Positions 10,326 to 20,558 of a stretch of 64,000 nt of DNA are shown in pieces. Source of the DNA: an uncultured Gemmatimonadaceae bacterium (GTDB lineage: Bacteria > Latescibacterota > UBA2968 > UBA8231); NCBI GenBank assembly GCA_964512165.1, contig CAZEHQ010000002.1, positions 2,056 through 66,055 of the forward strand. The letters run 5' to 3'. The translations under genes and the position numbers were made by a program. Each line of letters starts with the position of its first letter. Position 1 is the first letter of the stretch. The notes beneath the pieces were generated by a model that searched no databases, was not told where the DNA came from, and was given only the letters and a program-made list of their open reading frames with translations.

Positions 10326-11279
10326 ATGGCCAACCGCGACCGAGGTGAGTTCGTCCGTTCCGAAGACGCCTTCCGCGGCTGGGTGACGGCCGACGGCTCT
10401 TCCGGCTTCCCGGCCGAGGCCGGCCGCTACCACCTCTACGTCTCCTGGGCCTGCCCCTGGGCCCACCGAACCATCATCGTGCGCCGGCTCAAGGGGCTCG
10501 AGGATGTCATCGGCATGACCGCCGTCGACCCCATGCGGGACGACCGCGGCTGGGCCTTCCGAGAGGGCGATGACCACGGCGCCGATCCCGTCAACGGTTT
10601 CGAGTTCCTCAGCCAGGCCTACACCGCCACGGACGCGGGGTACAGCGGACGGGTCACGGTGCCCGTCCTCTGGGACACCGAGCACGGGCGCATCGTGAGC
10701 AATGCGGACGACGACCTGATGCGGATGCTGACCAGGGAGTTCGACGCCTTCACCGACCGGGAGCTCGACCTCTACCCGGAGGAACTGCGCGAGGAGATCG
10801 ACGAGGTCAACGATCTGGTCTACGCCGACGTCAACGACGGCGTGTACCGGTGCGGCTTCGCACGCTCCCAGGGCGCCTACGACCGGCGAGTGCGCAGGCT
10901 CTTCGCGGCGCTGGACTGGCTCGACGAGCGGCTTGCCGGGCAGCGGTACCTGGTGGATGGGCGGATCACCGAGGCCGACTGGCGGCTCTTCGTCACCCTC
11001 GTGCGCTTCGACGCCGTCTACCATGGACACTTCAAGTGCAACTTGCGCCGGATCATCGACTATCCCCACCTGTCCGGCTATCTTCGGGACCTCTACCAGA
11101 AGCCGGGGATCGCCGAGACCGTGAACTTCGACCACATCAAGCGCCACTACTACGGCACACACGAGGACCTGAATCCCGGCGGGATCGTCCCCGTGGGGCC
11201 TGAAATGGTCCTGACCGCGGCTCACCATCGCGACTTTCCGGACCCCTCTCGGCCACCGGCGTCCTCGCTCGATGACTGA
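10326..11279 (+). CDS. yqjG: glutathionyl-hydroquinone reductase (Xi-class GST, YqjG/ECM4-like)
   Basis: Near-identical N-terminal block to E. coli YqjG (GRYHLYVSWACPWAHRTIIVRRLKGLE) with CPWA active site. Confidence 0.8.
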   Translation: MANRDRGEFVRSEDAFRGWVTADGSSGFPAEAGRYHLYVSWACPWAHRTIIVRRLKGLEDVIGMTAVDPMRDDRGWAFREGDDHGADPVNGFEFLSQAYTATDAGYSGRVTVPVLWDTEHGRIVSNADDDLMRMLTREFDAFTDRELDLYPEELREEIDEVNDLVYADVNDGVYRCGFARSQGAYDRRVRRLFAALDWLDERLAGQRYLVDGRITEADWRLFVTLVRFDAVYHGHFKCNLRRIIDYPHLSGYLRDLYQKPGIAETVNFDHIKRHYYGTHEDLNPGGIVPVGPEMVLTAAHHRDFPDPSRPPASSLDD

Positions 11280-11835
11280 ATCCGTCGCCGCGACCTTGGG
11301 AGGAGGCTGTTTCTGGTGCCTGGAGGCGGTCTACGAGCAGATGCGGGGAGTGGTCTCCGTCGAATCCGGATACAGCGGCGGACGGACCGCCGACCCGAGC
11401 TACGAGAGCGTCTGCTCAGGCACCACGGGGCACGCCGAGGTGGTGCAGGTGCGCTTCGATCCCGCGGCGGTCAGCTATCGGGAGGTGCTCGGGGTGTTCT
11501 TCGGCATCCACGATCCCACGACGAAGGACCGCCAGGGCAACGACATCGGGACCCAGTACCGCTCCATCATCCTCGCCCACGACGGGGACCAGGCGGCGAC
11601 GGCGAGAAGGCACATCGCGGATCTGGAGGCGGAGGGGGTGTTTGCCGATCCCATCGTCACCGAGGTCCAGCTCCTCGAGCGGTTCTGGCCGGCCGAGGAC
11701 TACCATCGCCAGTACTACCGGCGCAATCCGGCCCAGCCCTACTGCATGATGGTGGTGGGGCCCAAGGTGGCCAAGTACCGAGAGCACTTCGGCCGGTTGC
11801 TGAGGGATCCCGGGGAGCTCTCCCCGGAAGGTTGA
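11272..11835 (+). CDS. msrA: peptide methionine sulfoxide reductase MsrA
   Basis: GGCFWC active-site motif, YHQQYY-like C-terminal block. Confidence 0.9.
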   Translation: MTESVAATLGGGCFWCLEAVYEQMRGVVSVESGYSGGRTADPSYESVCSGTTGHAEVVQVRFDPAAVSYREVLGVFFGIHDPTTKDRQGNDIGTQYRSIILAHDGDQAATARRHIADLEAEGVFADPIVTEVQLLERFWPAEDYHRQYYRRNPAQPYCMMVVGPKVAKYREHFGRLLRDPGELSPEG

Positions 11836-11863
11836 GGCGGGCCTTCCCGGCAGCCGAGGCGGT

Positions 11864-13288
11864 TCAGCTCACCTCGCCTCTGAGGAAGCTCACGAAGGCC
11901 GCCATGAAGAAGGCGACGGCGAACAGGGCCAGCAGCAGCACGTCGACGAAGCGGGCATCGAGACGCTCCTGAAGGCCGTCGGCGCGGTAGCGGAAGTCCG
12001 GCAGGTCGTCGATGTCGTACTCCTCTCCGCCGCTCGCAGATGCCTCCCCTTGCTCGGCGACATAGCTGGCGAACTGCCTCTGGTACTGGCGCAGAGAGCC
12101 GATGAGGCGCTCCTCGTGGCGCACCCCGGTGGCGCCGAGATCGGTGTTGGCGAAAACGAAGCAGGCCACCGGCGAGATGCGCGTGAGCACGCGGGCCATG
12201 TCCGTCTGACGGCGCAGGCGGGCCTCGAAGTCGGAGATGATCTCGGCGGAGACCTTGTTGACATCCTGCTGCAGCTGGTCGCGCTGTTCCCGTCTCTGTC
12301 GGAAGAACTCGGAGCGTTGGGCAGCCGTCATGTTGCGGAAGGAGCGGCCGACGCGCCGCCACTGGCTGCGGTAGTCGGCGGCCAGGGCCTCGGTGCGCAG
12401 GCCGATCTCCCGCTCCACCGAGCCCACGTCCGGCACGGGGACGGCGAGCTCGGCCAGGTAGGGCCCGAGGTTGGGGACCACCAGGGCCAGCAGCACCCAC
12501 AGGGCCACCAGGCTGAGGATGGCCGTGGAGGACGAACGAGCCCGGACCGAGACCAGCAGGCCGATGGAGAACATGACCGCCAGCAACAGCAGGGAGACGA
12601 TGCCGGTGACGACGAAGGCCTCCCAGTCGGTGGTGGTGAAGGGCACCTCCTCGGATATCGAGATCAGCAGCGCACCAATGAGCAGCGCGGCCAGGAAGGG
12701 CAGGGCGAGGCTGAAATAGCCGCCCAGCCACTTGGCCAGGATGAGGAGGTCCCGCGGCACCGGGTAGGACATGACCAGCTTCAGGGTCCCGGACTCGCGC
12801 TCGCCGGCAACGGTATCGTAGGAGATGAAGAAGGCGAGCAGACTCAGAACCACGGCCACCACGAAGAGCATGTCGGCTACGGGAAAGAGCAACACCGCGG
12901 GGTTGGCGTTCAGGTCGCCCTGGAAGCCGGGCAGGTAGTCCTCGGAGACCACGGCGGTGCGGTCCAGGGTCTTCTCCACCCCGTAGAACAGGACCTGGAA
13001 GGACTGCGGCGGCCGGTCGACGCGCACCCCCCGGCGTTGGAGGTCGCGGTAGGATCCGTACTCGTCCGCCTGGTCCCGGTACAGGGCCTGGTTGCGGCTG
13101 AACTCGGTACGCCTCGCCTCGAGGTCGGCGCGCAGCACGACGACGCTGATGAGACCGAGGAGGACGCACAGGGCCGCGCAGACGAGAAACCGCAGCTCCA
13201 GCAGACTTGTGAGCCACTCCTTGGCGATCAGGGCGCGCAGCATGGGCCTGTCCTCACTCCACGAGATCGAACCGCAGGAAACCGACAT
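11864..13288 (-). CDS. ABC-2 family permease with large soluble coiled-coil insert (DUF3526-like)
   Basis: Multiple hydrophobic TM stretches, charged 150-aa insert, terminal TM; paralog of next gene. Confidence 0.55.
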   Translation of the reverse strand: MSVSCGSISWSEDRPMLRALIAKEWLTSLLELRFLVCAALCVLLGLISVVVLRADLEARRTEFSRNQALYRDQADEYGSYRDLQRRGVRVDRPPQSFQVLFYGVEKTLDRTAVVSEDYLPGFQGDLNANPAVLLFPVADMLFVVAVVLSLLAFFISYDTVAGERESGTLKLVMSYPVPRDLLILAKWLGGYFSLALPFLAALLIGALLISISEEVPFTTTDWEAFVVTGIVSLLLLAVMFSIGLLVSVRARSSSTAILSLVALWVLLALVVPNLGPYLAELAVPVPDVGSVEREIGLRTEALAADYRSQWRRVGRSFRNMTAAQRSEFFRQRREQRDQLQQDVNKVSAEIISDFEARLRRQTDMARVLTRISPVACFVFANTDLGATGVRHEERLIGSLRQYQRQFASYVAEQGEASASGGEEYDIDDLPDFRYRADGLQERLDARFVDVLLLALFAVAFFMAAFVSFLRGEVS

Positions 13289-14636
13289 GGGCGGTCAGGA
13301 AGAACAGGCCGTTGAGGACGATCAGCACCAGCAGGTCGACATAGTTGCTGGTCAGCACATCCGCCAGGGGCCGCCGGGGGGGCGCGAAGGCGGGGAGGTC
13401 GTCCGGATCTATTGGGGCCTCCATGATCTCGCTTCGCTCCTCGGAGTCCTGAACGCCCTGGGCCAGCAGACGCCGCTCCCGCTCGATGGCGGCCAGGGCC
13501 TCGAAGTGCTGGTCCCCGTAGCGGTCGATGAAGGTCCGCAGGCCGGAGTAGTCCTCGAGCCCTGAACCGGCCAGCGACGCGGTGGCGTACACGTAGCTGG
13601 AGGACGGCGAGATCCGGGCCAGGGCGACGCCGGCCGCCACCTGCCCCTCCAGGCGGCGGGTATAGTCGTCGAGCAGGCGACGGGTCTTCTCGTCGGCTTC
13701 CTCTTCCGCCTGCTGGCGCAGCTCGTCGCGCTCCTCGCGGCTCATGCCGCGCCAGTCGCGGCCGCGGAACTGCGACCACATGCCGCGGCGGATCGCCTCG
13801 CGCTCTCCGGCGATGGCCCCCGGAGAGGGTATCGGGACCGCGGCCCTTGCTACGATGGGCGCCACGTTGGGGACGGCGAGAACGAGCAGCACCCAGATGA
13901 GGAATCCGGTGACGAGGGAGGTGGAGGAGCGCCGGGTGTACACGGAGATGGCGAGGGCCAGGGTGAAGAACAGGGACAGATAGAGGGCCGCCACCGCGAG
14001 CATGCCCGCAAAGGCGGACCACTCCCCGGCGCCGGGGGCGAAGGAGGTGAGCACGGTGGCGAGGAGCAGCCCGAGGAGGACGGAAGCCAGGAACGGCGCC
14101 ATCAGGGCGAGGTACCCCCCCAGCCATTTTGACAGCAGCAGCGTGTGCCGGGGCACGGCGTTGGCCAAGACCAGCCGAAGCGTCCCGTCCTCGTGCTCGC
14201 CGGAGATGGCGTTGAAGGCGAAGAGCATGGCCAGCAGCGAGCCGACGATGTTGACGATGTAGAGCAGGTCCGGGGGCGGAAAGAGTGTGTACAGGGCGCT
14301 GGCGTACTTGCTGCGGCCAAGCTCGGGCTCGGCCCGGGAGATGTGGACTGACCGCGACAGCTCGCGCTCGAGGCCGACGGTGAACACGGAAAGGGCGTTG
14401 GGTGGCTTCTCGTGCTGGCTACCCCGCCACCGCAAGGTCCGGAAGTCCACGGACTCCTCCAGGCGCTGTTCCTGGGCCGCCTTGGCCTCGGAGTGGGCAT
14501 CGGCCCGGCGGTCGTAGTCGAGGCCGAGGACCAGCGTCGAGCCGACGACGAGGACGGACAGCAGCACCGCCGTCAGGGCGAAGCGGTAGGTGAGCAGGTG
14601 GGAGTGCAGCTCGCGCAGGAGAAGGGTCGTGAACAT
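13254..14636 (-). CDS. ABC-2 family permease (paralog, DUF3526-like)
   Basis: Same architecture as 11864..13288; 35-nt overlap. Confidence 0.55.
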   Translation of the reverse strand: MFTTLLLRELHSHLLTYRFALTAVLLSVLVVGSTLVLGLDYDRRADAHSEAKAAQEQRLEESVDFRTLRWRGSQHEKPPNALSVFTVGLERELSRSVHISRAEPELGRSKYASALYTLFPPPDLLYIVNIVGSLLAMLFAFNAISGEHEDGTLRLVLANAVPRHTLLLSKWLGGYLALMAPFLASVLLGLLLATVLTSFAPGAGEWSAFAGMLAVAALYLSLFFTLALAISVYTRRSSTSLVTGFLIWVLLVLAVPNVAPIVARAAVPIPSPGAIAGEREAIRRGMWSQFRGRDWRGMSREERDELRQQAEEEADEKTRRLLDDYTRRLEGQVAAGVALARISPSSSYVYATASLAGSGLEDYSGLRTFIDRYGDQHFEALAAIERERRLLAQGVQDSEERSEIMEAPIDPDDLPAFAPPRRPLADVLTSNYVDLLVLIVLNGLFFLTAHVGFLRFDLVE

Positions 14637-14909
14637 CCGTGTATCCCGTCGCTGACGGGTTCAGTGCCTCAGGGCACGCGGCCCCGGTGGCGCCCGTTTG
14701 GGAGTGCTGCCGTCTGGTCCACCACTATCGCATGACACTGTACACCTCCGATTGCATCCATCCAAGGTCCATCTTTTTCGGCGTAAGACGGAGCCCGCGC
14801 CTGCTGGACCTTCCAGGTGCGTGCCGGACATGTCCCGGCTGGCCACCCGCGGCGACGGCGCTATACTACCCGTCGCCGGAACAAGGCGAATCCCCCGCGA
14901 GAGAAGAGC

Positions 14910-16034
14910 GTGAGAATCCAGACCGTCCACACCCATGACCTGCGTTACCCCGTGCAGCGGCCGTTCGCCAACTCCACGACATGGAACCGGGCGAGGACCG
15001 CCGGGATCGTCGAGGTGATCACGGATGACGGCCTGACGGGATGGGGGGAGGGAACCCAGGTTCCCGGGTCCGGGATCCTCGCCGACCGGGTGATCGGCAG
15101 GGATCCCTTCGACGCCGGCGCCATCGGCCGGGAAATGACACAGGCCGGGGCCTCCATGGCACAGGTCAGCGCCGTCGACATCGCCCTCTTCGACCTGATG
15201 GGGCAGGCCGTCGGGCGGCCCTGCCACCAGCTCCTCGGCGGAGCGGTGCGCGAGCGGGTGCCGGCCTACGCCAGCGGGCTGTTCCTGTTGTCGGCCAGCG
15301 AACCCGTCCTCGGGATGGAGGCCGAGGCCGCCGGGTACGCCGAGGCCGGGTTTCCCGCCGTCAAGATGAAGATCGGCCACGGCCCCCGGACCGACGCCGC
15401 CAGGGTCGCCGCGGTGCGGCGTGCCATCGGCCCCGACACGCTGCTGGCGGTGGACGCCAACTGCGCCTACGACCGGGGCACGGCACTGGAGTCGATCCGG
15501 AGCATAGAGGAGCACGACATCTACTGGTACGAGGAGCCCGTGCCGCCCACGGAGGTCCAGGCCTATCGGGAGATCCGGGCCGGCTCCGGCCTTCGGATCG
15601 CGGGAGGTGAAGCTCTGGAGGGGTTGAGTGCATTCCGTGATCTGATCTCGAAGCGGGCTCTTGATATCGTTCAGCCTGACATTTCGATAGCAGGAGGCTT
15701 CACCGTGTGCCGGCAGGTGGAGGCACTGGCCAACGCCCACGGCGTCCAGGTGCTCCCTCACATGTGGGGCACCTCGATCCGCCTGGCGGCCACCCTCCAC
15801 TGGCAGGCCACCATCCCGGATGCTCCCGGGCTGTTCCCGGAGCCGTGTCTCCTCGAGTTCGACATGACCGAGAACGCCCTGCGCACCGATCTGGCCCGGG
15901 AGCGGTTCCACCTGGTGGACGGCGCCGTCGCGGTGCCTTCCGGTCCCGGTCTGGGGATCGACATCGACCGGGAGGTACTGGAGCGGTACACCATCCGAAG
16001 GGAGATCATCGAATCGCAGGGGGCCAACGGATGA
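14910..16034 (+). CDS. enolase-superfamily acid-sugar dehydratase/racemase (MR/MLE family)
   Basis: KMKIGHG...DANCAYD metal-ligand/lysine blocks; start set at in-frame GTG where homology begins (ORF begins 14817). Confidence 0.75.
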   Translation: MRIQTVHTHDLRYPVQRPFANSTTWNRARTAGIVEVITDDGLTGWGEGTQVPGSGILADRVIGRDPFDAGAIGREMTQAGASMAQVSAVDIALFDLMGQAVGRPCHQLLGGAVRERVPAYASGLFLLSASEPVLGMEAEAAGYAEAGFPAVKMKIGHGPRTDAARVAAVRRAIGPDTLLAVDANCAYDRGTALESIRSIEEHDIYWYEEPVPPTEVQAYREIRAGSGLRIAGGEALEGLSAFRDLISKRALDIVQPDISIAGGFTVCRQVEALANAHGVQVLPHMWGTSIRLAATLHWQATIPDAPGLFPEPCLLEFDMTENALRTDLARERFHLVDGAVAVPSGPGLGIDIDREVLERYTIRREIIESQGANG

Positions 16035-16822
16035 CCGGGGACCTGAAGATCCTGACGCCGGAGCAGAAGAGCTTCTTCGAGGACAGTGGCTACCTCCATC
16101 TGCCTGGATTCTACCAGGGAGAGGCCCTGGAGGAGTTGCGGCGGCAGTACCACGAGTTGGTGACCCGCACCGAAGGCAGGCCGGCGAACATGAGCTACTC
16201 CCACATGGAGGCGCCCGAGGGATACCCGCCGGACGGGTACAACCCCCGGAACGTGGTGGGCATGATGGACCAGACCCTGGCCGGCGACTTCTGGTTCGAC
16301 CAGTTCACGGAGCCGCGGGTGGTCTCGGTGATGGTCGATTGCCTGGGACCGAACATCGACTTCCACAACGGCAAGGTGCGCAACAAGCCCCCCGGGTTCG
16401 TGGCCGGGCAGGGGTGGCACCAGGACTGGCCCTACGAGCGCCACTCGGAGCCGGGGTTGGCCGCGGCGATCACCTATCTCGACCCGACCGATGTCGAGGC
16501 CGGGGCCACCGAGGTGATCCCTGGCAGCCACCGCCGGGCCCTGCCCACGGCGGAGGGGCAGTCGACGCTGGTTCAGGAGGACGTGGACGAGTCCCGCCGC
16601 GTGGTCTGCAAGGTCGAGGCCGGCGACGTGGTGATCATCCATGTGCTCGTCGTTCACCGCGCCGGGCACAACTTCACGGACCGCAGCCGCAACGCCATCA
16701 TCAATGAGTACAAGACGATGGAGGCGGTCGACGAGTGGAACAACCGGTGCGCCTTCGCAGGGATGCCGCTGGCGCGAGAGGGGCGTCTCCTGATGCCGCG
16801 GCTGACCTCGTGGTCAAAATGA
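16031..16822 (+). CDS. phytanoyl-CoA dioxygenase (PhyH) family Fe(II)/2OG oxygenase
   Basis: GWHQDWPY HxD motif, PGSH block; ATGA overlap with upstream stop. Confidence 0.75.
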   Translation: MTGDLKILTPEQKSFFEDSGYLHLPGFYQGEALEELRRQYHELVTRTEGRPANMSYSHMEAPEGYPPDGYNPRNVVGMMDQTLAGDFWFDQFTEPRVVSVMVDCLGPNIDFHNGKVRNKPPGFVAGQGWHQDWPYERHSEPGLAAAITYLDPTDVEAGATEVIPGSHRRALPTAEGQSTLVQEDVDESRRVVCKVEAGDVVIIHVLVVHRAGHNFTDRSRNAIINEYKTMEAVDEWNNRCAFAGMPLAREGRLLMPRLTSWSK

Positions 16823-16898
16823 ACTCGGGCGAGAGCCGGCGTTCCAGCCAAGTGTCAGTGAGGATTCTGATGACCCAGCCGCCAGAGCGGAGAAGACC

Positions 16899-18581
16899 AT
16901 GAGCAGCCAGACATACCGCGTCGACCGCTTGGTCGACGTCAGGATGCCGATGCGGGACGGGGTCGAGCTTTCGGGCGACATCTACCTGCCCCGGGGCGCC
17001 GGCCCTGTGCCCGCCGTGCTGATGCGGACCCCCTACAGCAACAGCATCGAGCCGATGATCGAGAAGGGCCGGCGGCTGGCCGGCTCGGGGTACGCCTGTG
17101 TAATCGGCGACTGCCGCGGCCGCTGGGACTCCGACGGCGACTACTACCCCTTCCTCCACGAGGCCGAGGACGGCTTCGACACCCAGGAGTGGATCGGAGT
17201 CCAGCCCTGGTGCAACGGCCGCATCGGCACTGCCGGTGCCTCCTACGTGGGCACCACCCAGCTGCGTCCCGCGCCGCTGGCGAGCCGGTTCCTCAAGTGC
17301 ATGGCGCCGCGCGTGATCTGCGCCGACTACCACAGCGGGTTGGTCTACCCGGGAGGGGCCCTGCAGCTGAACGTGGCCATGACCTGGGGCATGCGCACCC
17401 ACGCGCGCACCGGCCAGGACATCGACTTCCACAACTGGACCGAGGCCTTCCGCTCCCTGCCCGTGGTAGACATGGACGCGGCCGGCGGCCGGCGGCTGCC
17501 GTTCTGGAAGGACTGGATCGCCCACCCGGCGTACGACGACTACTGGGCGGCCATGGACGATGAGCCGAGGTGGGGCAGCGTCCAGGCGCCGGCCTTCAAC
17601 ATGGGCGGCTGGTACGACCTCTACGCGAGCCAGACCTTCTCCAACTTCAACGGGCTGCGGCTGGGCGGCGGGTCCGAGGAGGCGCGCCGCAGCCGGCTTA
17701 TCGTCGGTCCCTGGCCCCACTCGCTGAGCGCGTCCACGCGCACCGGCGACATCGACTTCGGCGAGAGCTCCCTGGTGGACCTGGAGCAGGAGGAGCTGCG
17801 CTGGTTCGACCACTGGCTCAATGGCCGGGACAACGGTATCGACCAGGAGCCGCCCCTGCGCCTGTTCGTCATGGGGGTCAACGAGTGGCGGGACGAGCAC
17901 GAGTGGCCCCTGGCGCGCACCGACTGGCAGGACTGGCACCTGCACTCCGGCGGCCGGGCCAACTCCGTCCTCGGCGACGGCGCCCTGGGCCGGGAGGCGC
18001 CGGCGGACGAGCCGGCGGACGAGTTCGTCTACGACCCCGAGCACCCGGTGCAGACCCTGGGCGGCAACAACTGCTGCTCGCCCCACATCGTGCCCTGGGG
18101 ACCCCACGATCAGCGGCCCGTGGAAATGCGGGGGGACGTGCTCGTCTACACGAGCCCGGTGCTGGAGGAGGACCTGGAGGTGATCGGGCCGGTGGAGGCG
18201 GTGCTCTACGCGGCCACCGACGGACCGGACACGGACTTCACCGCCAAGCTCGTCGACGTCTCCCCGAGCGGATACGCCATGAACCTGTGCGACGGCATCC
18301 GCCGGGGGCGCTACCGGGAGAGCCGGGGGCGGGAGGCGATGCTGGAGCCGGGGAAGGTGTACGAATACCGCATCGAGGTCGGGGTGACGGCCAACGTCTT
18401 CCGGCGGGGGCACCGCGTCCGCCTGGAGATCTCGTCGAGCAACTTCCCCCGATTCGACCGCAACCCCAACACGGGCAACCCCTACGGCATGGACGCGGAG
18501 CTGCGGCGTGCGTGCCAGACCGTCCATCACTGCCGGGCCTGGCCGAGCCGCCTGCGCCTGCCCGTGGCACCGGCGCGATAG
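16899..18581 (+). CDS. CocE/NonD family alpha/beta hydrolase (X-Pro dipeptidyl-peptidase S15-like)
   Basis: N-terminal MPMRDGVELSGDIYLP..PVPAVLMRTPY block characteristic of the family; RBS GGAGAAG. Confidence 0.8.
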   Translation: MSSQTYRVDRLVDVRMPMRDGVELSGDIYLPRGAGPVPAVLMRTPYSNSIEPMIEKGRRLAGSGYACVIGDCRGRWDSDGDYYPFLHEAEDGFDTQEWIGVQPWCNGRIGTAGASYVGTTQLRPAPLASRFLKCMAPRVICADYHSGLVYPGGALQLNVAMTWGMRTHARTGQDIDFHNWTEAFRSLPVVDMDAAGGRRLPFWKDWIAHPAYDDYWAAMDDEPRWGSVQAPAFNMGGWYDLYASQTFSNFNGLRLGGGSEEARRSRLIVGPWPHSLSASTRTGDIDFGESSLVDLEQEELRWFDHWLNGRDNGIDQEPPLRLFVMGVNEWRDEHEWPLARTDWQDWHLHSGGRANSVLGDGALGREAPADEPADEFVYDPEHPVQTLGGNNCCSPHIVPWGPHDQRPVEMRGDVLVYTSPVLEEDLEVIGPVEAVLYAATDGPDTDFTAKLVDVSPSGYAMNLCDGIRRGRYRESRGREAMLEPGKVYEYRIEVGVTANVFRRGHRVRLEISSSNFPRFDRNPNTGNPYGMDAELRRACQTVHHCRAWPSRLRLPVAPAR

Positions 18582-18609
18582 CAGGAACCCCAACCAGGAG
18601 GAGAGAGGG

Positions 18610-19602
18610 ATGGACCGAGTGGGAGTGATCGGTTGCCGCGGCATCGGCGTGCGGCACGCCCAGGGCATCGCCGGGCTCGAGGACGCGGAGGTCGTGGCGG
18701 CCTGCGACCTGTCCACCGACCAGCTGAACGAGTTCGGCCAGCGCTTCCAGGAGACCTGGCCGGAGCTGAAGCGCTATACCAGCCACCGCCGCATGCTCGA
18801 CGAGCAGTCCCTGGACATCGTCGGTGTGGCCACGGGTGACAACGCCCACGCCCAACTGGTGGTCGATGCGGCTGAGGCCGGCGTCAAGGGCATCTTCTGC
18901 GAGAAGCCCCTGGCGACCACGGTCGAGGACGGGGCCCGCATGTTGGAGGCCTGCGAGCGGAACGGCACCGTCCTGTCCGTCGACCACACGCGGCGCTTCA
19001 TGCCCATGTGGGCACACGCCAAGGAGCTGATCGAGGCGGGGGAGATCGGCGAGGTGCAGTACATCGTCGGCTCCCTGCGCGGCGGCCGGGCGATGCTCTA
19101 CCGCAACGGGACCCACTCCATCGACGCCATCTGCTGGTACGCGGACGCGGCTCCCGAATGGGTGCTGGCGGAGCTTGAGAGCGGGTACGAGGACTACACG
19201 GAGTACCGCGGCGACGGCGGCCACGACCCGGCCACCGAGCCGGGCGCCTACGGGATGATCCGCTTCGCCAACGGGGTCCGCGCCTTCTACGCCGGCGGCT
19301 CGAAGACGACGCCGGGGCCGAAGTCGACCACCGAGGTCATCGGCTCCACCGGCCGCCTGCTGATGTCGGGCACGGATGACGGCCAGATCTTCCGCGGCGA
19401 AGAGGCGGAGCCGCTGCCGGTGCCGGAGTGGCCGGTGTCGGGGATCGAGGCCGGCATGCAGAGCCTGGTGAGAGCCGTGCGCGAAGGGCGTCCCCCGACC
19501 TCCACCGGGCGGGAGGCGCAGCGCGTGGTGGAGGTGATCGCCGGGTTCCTGCAGTCACAGCAGGAAGGTCACCGCCCGGTGATGATCCCCGAGGACCGCT
19601 GA
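18610..19602 (+). CDS. Gfo/Idh/MocA family oxidoreductase
   Basis: VGVIGCRGIGVRHAQ Rossmann start; RBS GGAGGAGAGAGG 5 nt upstream. Confidence 0.8.
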   Translation: MDRVGVIGCRGIGVRHAQGIAGLEDAEVVAACDLSTDQLNEFGQRFQETWPELKRYTSHRRMLDEQSLDIVGVATGDNAHAQLVVDAAEAGVKGIFCEKPLATTVEDGARMLEACERNGTVLSVDHTRRFMPMWAHAKELIEAGEIGEVQYIVGSLRGGRAMLYRNGTHSIDAICWYADAAPEWVLAELESGYEDYTEYRGDGGHDPATEPGAYGMIRFANGVRAFYAGGSKTTPGPKSTTEVIGSTGRLLMSGTDDGQIFRGEEAEPLPVPEWPVSGIEAGMQSLVRAVREGRPPTSTGREAQRVVEVIAGFLQSQQEGHRPVMIPEDR

Positions 19603-19610
19603 GTCCGGCC

Positions 19611-20495
19611 TCAGTCGAGCCGGTACAGACGCGCGGCGTTGCCGTGCAGCAGGGCGCCCTGGTCGTCGTCGCAGCGCGAGGCGATGATCCGGCGCAGGGC
19701 CTGGACCCACTCCCCCAGGCTGGCGCCCAGGGTGCAGACCGGCCAGTCGCCGCCGAAGACGACGCGGTCGGGAGGGAAGGCGTCGAGGCAGTGGTCCACC
19801 GTCGGTGCCAGCAGGTCGGCCGACCAGCCCTCGGTCACCCGGGCGACGATGCCGGAGATCTTGCAGACCACATTCGGCTGTTGACCGAGGGCCGAGATGC
19901 CGTCCCGCCACTGGCCGGCCGTGTGGGCGAAGGGGCCCGACTCGGGCCCGGCGGCGCCGGCGATGATGTTGGGATCGGCATTGCCGCAGTGATCGAGGAT
20001 GAGCAGGGTCCCGGGGCAGCGCTCGGCAAGGCTCACTGCGTCGGCCAGCTCACCGGGCCGGAGGCAGACGTCGAAGCTCAGGCCCGCATCGCCGAGGCGG
20101 CGCACACCGTTTACGAAACCCTCCTGCAGACAGGTCCCCGGGGGGGCATCGGCATGGAGGATCCGGCGCACGCCGCGCACGTGGGGCTCGTCGCGCAGGC
20201 GGCCGACCCAGTCGGCGAACCCCGGGTCCGCCGGACGGCCGGAGACCACGGCGGCTGCCATCGGGTCGGCCGGGTCGGCGCACAACCGTCCCACGAGGTC
20301 GACCTCGGCGGCGATCTGCTCCGGCGCCGCGTCGACCTCCATGTACACGGTCCGCTCCACGCCGCAGCCCTCGGCGGCGGCCGCGTAGTCGGCGGTCAGG
20401 AAGCTGCGGTTCAGGGGCTCCACCTCGTCGAGCCAGGGGAGGCGGAGGCGGGACAGGACCCAGAGGTGCTGGTGGGTGTCTACGATGGGATGCAT
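19611..20495 (-). CDS. amidohydrolase-2 family TIM-barrel metal hydrolase (LigI/ACMSD-like, possible sugar lactonase)
   Basis: N-terminal DTHQHLW metal-binding His pair. Confidence 0.75.
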   Translation of the reverse strand: MHPIVDTHQHLWVLSRLRLPWLDEVEPLNRSFLTADYAAAAEGCGVERTVYMEVDAAPEQIAAEVDLVGRLCADPADPMAAAVVSGRPADPGFADWVGRLRDEPHVRGVRRILHADAPPGTCLQEGFVNGVRRLGDAGLSFDVCLRPGELADAVSLAERCPGTLLILDHCGNADPNIIAGAAGPESGPFAHTAGQWRDGISALGQQPNVVCKISGIVARVTEGWSADLLAPTVDHCLDAFPPDRVVFGGDWPVCTLGASLGEWVQALRRIIASRCDDDQGALLHGNAARLYRLD

Positions 20496-20558
20496 GAGAG
20501 GGCAGGTCTCCGGTTGTGGGTGGGTCCGGGTGGGCTGGATCCCGCCGGCCGCGGCCGA

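Noticed and set aside
14690-14760. Candidate sigma-54 -24/-12 elements in the 14.6-14.9 kb divergent region (ctggtccaccactatcgca, gattgcat)
   Set aside because: GG-to-GC spacing is 12 rather than 10 and no TGGCAC partner is at the right distance. Probably chance matches.
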